Assembly: GCA_965200965.1 (NCBI GenBank)
Contig: OZ241744.1
Coordinates: 2,176,001-2,240,000 of the forward strand
Direction: 5' to 3'
DNA length: 64,000 bases
DNA from: an uncultured Candidatus Binatia bacterium
GTDB lineage: Bacteria > Desulfobacterota > Binatia > Bin18
Every line of letters begins with the position of its first letter. Position 1 is the stretch's first letter. Positions 58,524-64,000 of this stretch are shown piece after piece. The notes under the pieces are model-generated. The model made no database searches. It was not told the origin of the DNA and saw nothing but the letters and a program-made list of their open reading frames with translations. Position numbers and translations under genes: made by a program.

Positions 58524-61500
58524 ATGCGCCCCCAAAAACTCAGCCTCAAAAATTTCATGCCCTTTCGGGCGACGGGCGGTCAGGCCCACGAGGTGGACTT
58601 TTCGCCGCTCGAGCTGTTCGCCATTACCGGCCCGATGGCCAGCGGCAAGTCGGCGCTGATCGACGCCATTGTGTGGTGTCTGTACGGTCGGACGGCCCGC
58701 TACGGCGTGGATTCAAAAGGCGTCATTGCCGCGGGGGAGCAGACCTGTGAGGTCGCCCTTGATTTCACTGTTGGCGAGCGGTGGTTTCGAGCCGTGCGCC
58801 GCACCGGCAGAGTGACAGACTCCGGCTTAAGCGAACGTGAGGGAGACGAGTGGATACAGGACCGCTCCGGCTCTGCCCTCCTCACCAAACGCATTGAAGA
58901 CCTGTTGGGCCTTGACTTTGACAGCTTCACCAAAACGGTCATTCTGCCCCAGGGACGCTACGGCGAGTTTCTGACCAGCGAGCCGAAAAAGCGGCGCGAG
59001 TTGCTGGAAAAAATACTTGAACTCGGCGTGTACACGCGTGTGCGCACCCAGGCCAGAGACGTTGCAAAACAGGCCGAAACCCGGGCCGACACGCTGCGGG
59101 AAACCCTGGCCCAATACGCCGACTTGAGCCCGGAGCGCCTGACCCGCCAGCAGGAAGAACTGGCCGAACTCGAACACCGCATTGAGCACCTCGCTCAGCA
59201 AGAGCAGGTCTTGCACAGTCTGGCTCAACAGGTCGATCGGGTCGCCGGGCTACGCAGTCGGCTTGCTGAGCTTCAGGCAGACCTGCAGGTCCGCGCTCAA
59301 GAGAAAGAGGAGGCGAAAAAAAAGGCCGATGCGATCACAGTCGAGCTTGCTGAGTTGACCCATGCCCTAGCCCGGTTCGGTCAAGAACGGGAAGCGCTGG
59401 GCTATGATGCGGCGCGGCACACGGTCGTCAAACAGGCCGTTGCCCATCTCGGTGAATGGGCGGCCGCTGACAGGGAAGCCGGGCAGAAAAGCGCCGAGCA
59501 TAGCCGCGTCCAGGAAGAAGTTGAGGCGCTGGCGCAGCAGCGCGCAGTCCACGTCCGGCAGCTTGAACAGGCGCGGTCTCAGCATCAGACCCACACCGCC
59601 ACATTTGAGCGGCACATCGCCGAAGCCGGCGATGTGGCCACACTCACAGAAAAGCTGAGCGCGGCAAAACGCTGGAAAGAGTTGTGCCAGCAGCAGCAGG
59701 AACTCGTCGCCCAGCTCGCCTCGCTGCGTCACACACACGCGGCAAGCCGCCACACCCTGGAGCGCGTGAAGCGGCAAGAAACTCTCCATGAACAGACGGT
59801 CCGGGAGTTGCAGGCAACACTCGAACGGGCCAAAGAAGACGAGCGGCAGAAGCGGCAGCTGATAGCCGAAGCGGAATCCCTGGACCGGGAACTGCACGAG
59901 GCGGCTGAGGCGGAAAAGCGCGTCCAAGCCGAGGCTGAGGCTGCCCGCGCCGCGCTGGCCAAAGCCGAGCACACCGCCCAGCACATCCGGCGCGATCTCG
60001 CCCAAGCCCAGGGGCAGGAGCAGGCCGCCCGCGCCGCCCTTGAAGACACCCAACGCCAGCACGAAGCCGCCCATCTGCGGGAGACGCTGCACATCGGCGA
60101 CGCCTGTCCGGTGTGTCGGACAATTGTCAGCGACATTCCCGCCGCTCAAGACGCTGAGAGCAGCCTCAAGGAACTTCAGGAACACCTGGCAGGAGCCCAA
60201 CAGACCACCGAGCAGAAACGGACACGAGCGCAAGAAGCCAGTGCTGCTGTTGCTGCCCAACAGGCGAGGCGTGAGGCCGCCGGGCAGGAGGTGAAAGAAC
60301 GCGGCCGCGTCCACCAACAGGTCCAGGACCGCTTTGTGTCCCGTTTCCCCGCCTGTGCGTCCCCGGCTGAAGCCCTGAAGGCATTGCAGACCCAACACAA
60401 AGAGCTGAACGCAACGCTCAAAGACCTTGAGGCCCAGACGGCATCTGCCGAGCAGGAAACAAGGCAGCGGTCACACCAACGTGAAACCGCCCAACAAGAA
60501 GAGGCGAGGCTGGGCGAAGCGCTGCGCGGGGCAACCGACAGGCTGGACACCGGGAAACCTCAGTTGGCAGCGCTCAGGGTTGAGATTGCCGCGTTTCTCG
60601 CGCCAAACGAAGACCCTGAACACCAGGTTGCCCACCGCCGGACCAGGGTGATGCAGGCTGAGCAACACATGAAGGCCGCAGAGGAAGCCCGGCGTCAGGC
60701 CGAAACAGCCCTGGGCCGGCTCACCACCGCGCACATCCAAAAAGAGGGGGAGGCCACCCTGCTCGCCTCCGAACACCAGGCAGCCTTGCAAGGAGCCGAG
60801 CGCGAAGCCCGAGCGGTCCGGGAATGTCTTGGTCTGGCCCACGACGCGGTGTTGCCACCGGCTGAAGACCTGGCAGGTGAACTCACCGGGCTGTCACACA
60901 AGCAGGCCCGGCACGTCGATCTGTCGCAACGCGAAGACGAGGCGCGGGCCAGTCACGGGCAGGCCGAACGTCAGGCCGCGGCCTTGCAGGCCGACCAGCG
61001 AGCCCGAACGCGCATGTTGGAGGAAGCCCGGCACAAGCGGCAACAGGCGCAAAACCAACTCGACAGAGAACGGGATACGCTGCGGACGGCGATTGCCCGC
61101 GAGGCCGGGGCGCGTCACCTGCCGGACGCCGGCGAGGACGGTGCCAATATCAAGCCCCAACTTGAAACGCTGCGCGGGCACAGGATATCGCTTCAGGAAC
61201 ACCGCGGGCGCCTGGAGGCCGAACAGGCTGAGGCCCAACGCCGCTGGAGGGAGAAAGAACAGGAAGAAGAAAAACTGCGCACCGCCCAAACCGAGCAGCG
61301 TCTGGCCTCGGACCTGCACGGGCTGCTCGGCTCGGCCTTCAGCAACTTTCTTTCACGCGGGGCCATAGAGGCGCTCATGCGCGATGCCTCTGTCCACCTG
61401 CAAGGGCTGACCCACGGGCGCTACACCTTTGACATTGCTTATCGAAATCAAGCGATTCATCTCCAGATTATTGACCACGAAAATCAGCGCCGCGCCCGGC

Positions 61501-61817
61501 CGGCCCATTCCCTGTCAGGCGGAGAAACCTTCCTGGCTTCGCTCGCCATTGCGCTCGCTCTCTCGCAGGGTTTTCGGACCGTTGCGACTGGGCGCGCCGC
61601 AACAACCTCAACCGAATGCCTGATCCTGGATGAGGGGTTTGGCACGCTGGACCGAGAGGGCGTGCAGATGGTGACGGAAACCCTGCAAGAGCTGCGCGGC
61701 GAAGAAGGCCGGATGGTCGGCATCATTACGCATGTCGAAGAAGTCGCCGCGGCCATGCCGGCGCAGCTTGAGATTCACAAAGGCAGCCGCTCAAGTCTCA
61801 TTGCGGTCGCCTCCTGA
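58524..61817 (+). CDS. sbcC: SbcC/Rad50 SMC-like ATPase
   Basis: GPMASGKS, PQG, CPVC zinc hook, LSGGE, LDEGFGTLD, long coiled coil. Confidence 0.95.
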   Translation: MRPQKLSLKNFMPFRATGGQAHEVDFSPLELFAITGPMASGKSALIDAIVWCLYGRTARYGVDSKGVIAAGEQTCEVALDFTVGERWFRAVRRTGRVTDSGLSEREGDEWIQDRSGSALLTKRIEDLLGLDFDSFTKTVILPQGRYGEFLTSEPKKRRELLEKILELGVYTRVRTQARDVAKQAETRADTLRETLAQYADLSPERLTRQQEELAELEHRIEHLAQQEQVLHSLAQQVDRVAGLRSRLAELQADLQVRAQEKEEAKKKADAITVELAELTHALARFGQEREALGYDAARHTVVKQAVAHLGEWAAADREAGQKSAEHSRVQEEVEALAQQRAVHVRQLEQARSQHQTHTATFERHIAEAGDVATLTEKLSAAKRWKELCQQQQELVAQLASLRHTHAASRHTLERVKRQETLHEQTVRELQATLERAKEDERQKRQLIAEAESLDRELHEAAEAEKRVQAEAEAARAALAKAEHTAQHIRRDLAQAQGQEQAARAALEDTQRQHEAAHLRETLHIGDACPVCRTIVSDIPAAQDAESSLKELQEHLAGAQQTTEQKRTRAQEASAAVAAQQARREAAGQEVKERGRVHQQVQDRFVSRFPACASPAEALKALQTQHKELNATLKDLEAQTASAEQETRQRSHQRETAQQEEARLGEALRGATDRLDTGKPQLAALRVEIAAFLAPNEDPEHQVAHRRTRVMQAEQHMKAAEEARRQAETALGRLTTAHIQKEGEATLLASEHQAALQGAEREARAVRECLGLAHDAVLPPAEDLAGELTGLSHKQARHVDLSQREDEARASHGQAERQAAALQADQRARTRMLEEARHKRQQAQNQLDRERDTLRTAIAREAGARHLPDAGEDGANIKPQLETLRGHRISLQEHRGRLEAEQAEAQRRWREKEQEEEKLRTAQTEQRLASDLHGLLGSAFSNFLSRGAIEALMRDASVHLQGLTHGRYTFDIAYRNQAIHLQIIDHENQRRARPAHSLSGGETFLASLAIALALSQGFRTVATGRAATTSTECLILDEGFGTLDREGVQMVTETLQELRGEEGRMVGIITHVEEVAAAMPAQLEIHKGSRSSLIAVAS

Positions 61818-61832
61818 GCCAAAGGAGTGAAC

Positions 61833-64000
61833 ATGTCCTCAGATCGACGTGACGGCGACACACTCGAAGCCCTGCTCGAACAGCATGGGGAGCTCATGGC
61901 CGATCAGATGCCCAAGGCTGCGGCCTGGGCCGGCTCTGAGGAGGACGTGCGTCATGCCTGCAACAAGCTGATTGACGAGTTCATCCGCAAAGCCGACCTC
62001 AACGTCAGAGGCCGGCACGAATACAGCTTGGCCGGCGGGCGGATTGACTCGAAATATGGCGGCGTGGTCATCGAATACAAGGCCGCGGGTACAATCACCG
62101 GGCACGGCGCGGGCCTCAAGGCTGTCATCAGGCAACTCAAGGGGCGGTTTCAGGACTTTGCAGCCACAGAACACGTTGGCCGGGAGCGTATTCTCGGCGT
62201 GGGCTGCGATGGCAACACGCTCGTGTTCGTGCGGATGCGCGGGGGCCGGCTTGACGCCGAAGACCCGACGCCGGTCACGCCGCATAGCGTCAGGCGGCTG
62301 CTGCGGGCCGTTGTTTCGCTCGGCGCGCGCGGGCTGTCGTTCACACCTGAGAATCTGACCGCCAACTTCGGCTCAGGGGCCGAGAGCGCACAACAGGGCA
62401 TCCGGCTCATTCATAGCCTGATTCGCACGACCGACAGCCCCAAGGCCCAGACCTTCTTCCGCCAGTGGCAGATTCTCTTCGGCGAGGTATGCGGCTATGA
62501 CATTCACGCACGAAACGCCAAGGTCGAGATGCTGGCCGTCCATTATCAGGTCCCCGACCCGCACCCGGCAGAACTCCTGTTCGCCGTTCACACCTGGTAC
62601 GCCCTCTTCATGAAAATGCTGGCCGCGGAGATCGTCGCCTCTTTCTCGCCGCTGGGAACCTCACCCCTGAAAAAGCTCGTGATCGCGCCAACCGCGGCTG
62701 GACTCCGGGAGGAGTTGCGCCGTCTCGAAAAGGGCGGCATCTGGTCACAGCTCGGCATCCGCAACTTTCTCGAAGGCGATCTCTTCTCCTGGTATCTCGA
62801 CGCCTGGAATGAGGACTGCGCCGCCGCTGTCCGTGCCATGACCGCGGCCTTTGACCAGTTTGACCCGACCACCCTGAGCGTTGACCCCGCGGAATCCCGC
62901 GACCTGCTCAAGCAGCTCTATCAGCATCTGTTCCCCAAGTCGGTCCGCCACGACCTCGGCGAATACTACACGCCTGACTGGCTGGCCGAACTCGTACTTG
63001 ACGAACTCGGCTACGACGGCAACCCGGACAAGCGTCTGCTTGACCCGGCCTGTGGCTCGGGCACCTTCCTGGTCATGGCGCTCAACCGGGTCAAAGCCTG
63101 GTACGACGAACACCGCCACGAATGCGGCTTTGGCGAAGACGAGAACTCCTGCGCAACATCCTGCGCAACATCATCGGCTTTGACCTGAACCCGCTGGCCG
63201 TTATGGCCGCCCGGACCAACTACCTGCTGGCCGTCCGCGAACTGCTGCGCCACGCCGACACCATCGAACTGCCGGTCTACCTGTGCGACTCCGTCATGAC
63301 GCCCTCGGAGTACGGCGAGTTGTTCGCCACCGGCAGCTTGGGCAAGGTGCGGCAACTCAAGACCAGCGCCGGTGATTTCAACATCCCCACCGAAGTCACC
63401 GACAACCGTGAACACATCGGCCGCTACGCCGATACCCTGGAGTTCTGCATCACAAACGACTATTCGCCCGAAGAGTTCATCAAACGGTGTGAGTTCAAAG
63501 CCATCCCCGCCACACAGATCACACTTCACAAGGACCTCTACCGCCATCTCCAGCAGCTCAACGCCGACAACAAAAACGGCGTGTGGGCGCGCATCATCAA
63601 GAACGCCTTTGCGCCGCTCTTCATCGGCAGCGTGGATTACATCGCCGGCAACCCGCCGTGGGTGAATTGGGAGCATCTGCCCGAAGGCTACCGCGACGAC
63701 ATGAAACCCCTGTGGGCAGCATACAACTTGTTCACCCTGTCGGGTTCCGAAGCTCGCTTGGGCGGCGGCAAAAAGGACCTCTCCATGCTGTTCACCTATG
63801 CCTCGGTGGACAACTACCTGAAAGAAGGCGGGCGGCTTGGTTTCGTCATTACCCAGAGTGTCTTCAAGACTCAGGGGGCCGGCGACGGTTTCAGGCAACT
63901 CTGCTACACACGAGCCGATACCGAATGGCACATCAAGCCCTTGATGGTCCACGACCTGAGCGCCATGCAGGTTTTTGAGGGCGCAACCAACCGCACCGCG
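61833..64000 (+). CDS. Type IIG/Eco57I-like restriction-modification enzyme; frameshift near 63143; partial at window end
   Basis: N-terminal ID...IEYK, GEYYTP, LDPACGSGTFL; after the shift GFDLNPLA and GNPPW. Confidence 0.85.

Overview
GC-rich bacterial chromosome segment. The gene content (many LLM monooxygenases, amidohydrolases, CoA-transferase, acyl-CoA dehydrogenases, a UGSC selenoprotein) suggests a Deltaproteobacteria/Binatia-like organism; this is inference only. Layout: (1) 0.4-2.4 kb, four tandem near-identical genes for a small membrane-anchored protein with variable numbers of 11/14-aa His/Glu/Arg repeats, bracketed by a 22-bp direct repeat, with two dispersed paralogues at 9.9 and 12.5 kb; (2) lipid/sterol-type catabolic genes interrupted by a three-gene toxin/defence-like module; (3) a MoxR/beta-helix/VWA operon; (4) a complex I operon nuoA-C-D-E-H-J-K-L-M-N lacking nuoB/F/G/I; (5) tRNA-Ser, SRP RNA, dnaX-ybaB-recR, tRNA-Asn; (6) a complete type II-C CRISPR-Cas locus (21 identical 37-bp repeats, cas2, cas1, a divergent ~1200-aa Cas9, tracrRNA); (7) an eroded type I R-M island bracketed by a 92-bp duplication of the caiB 5' end, retaining an ATPase-TOPRIM gene and a DUF1828-like gene; (8) an XPB-like helicase, small metabolic genes, and a nurA-herA-sbcD-sbcC operon followed by a frameshifted type IIG-like R-M gene running off the window. 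All family assignments come from motif recognition by eye, not database searches.
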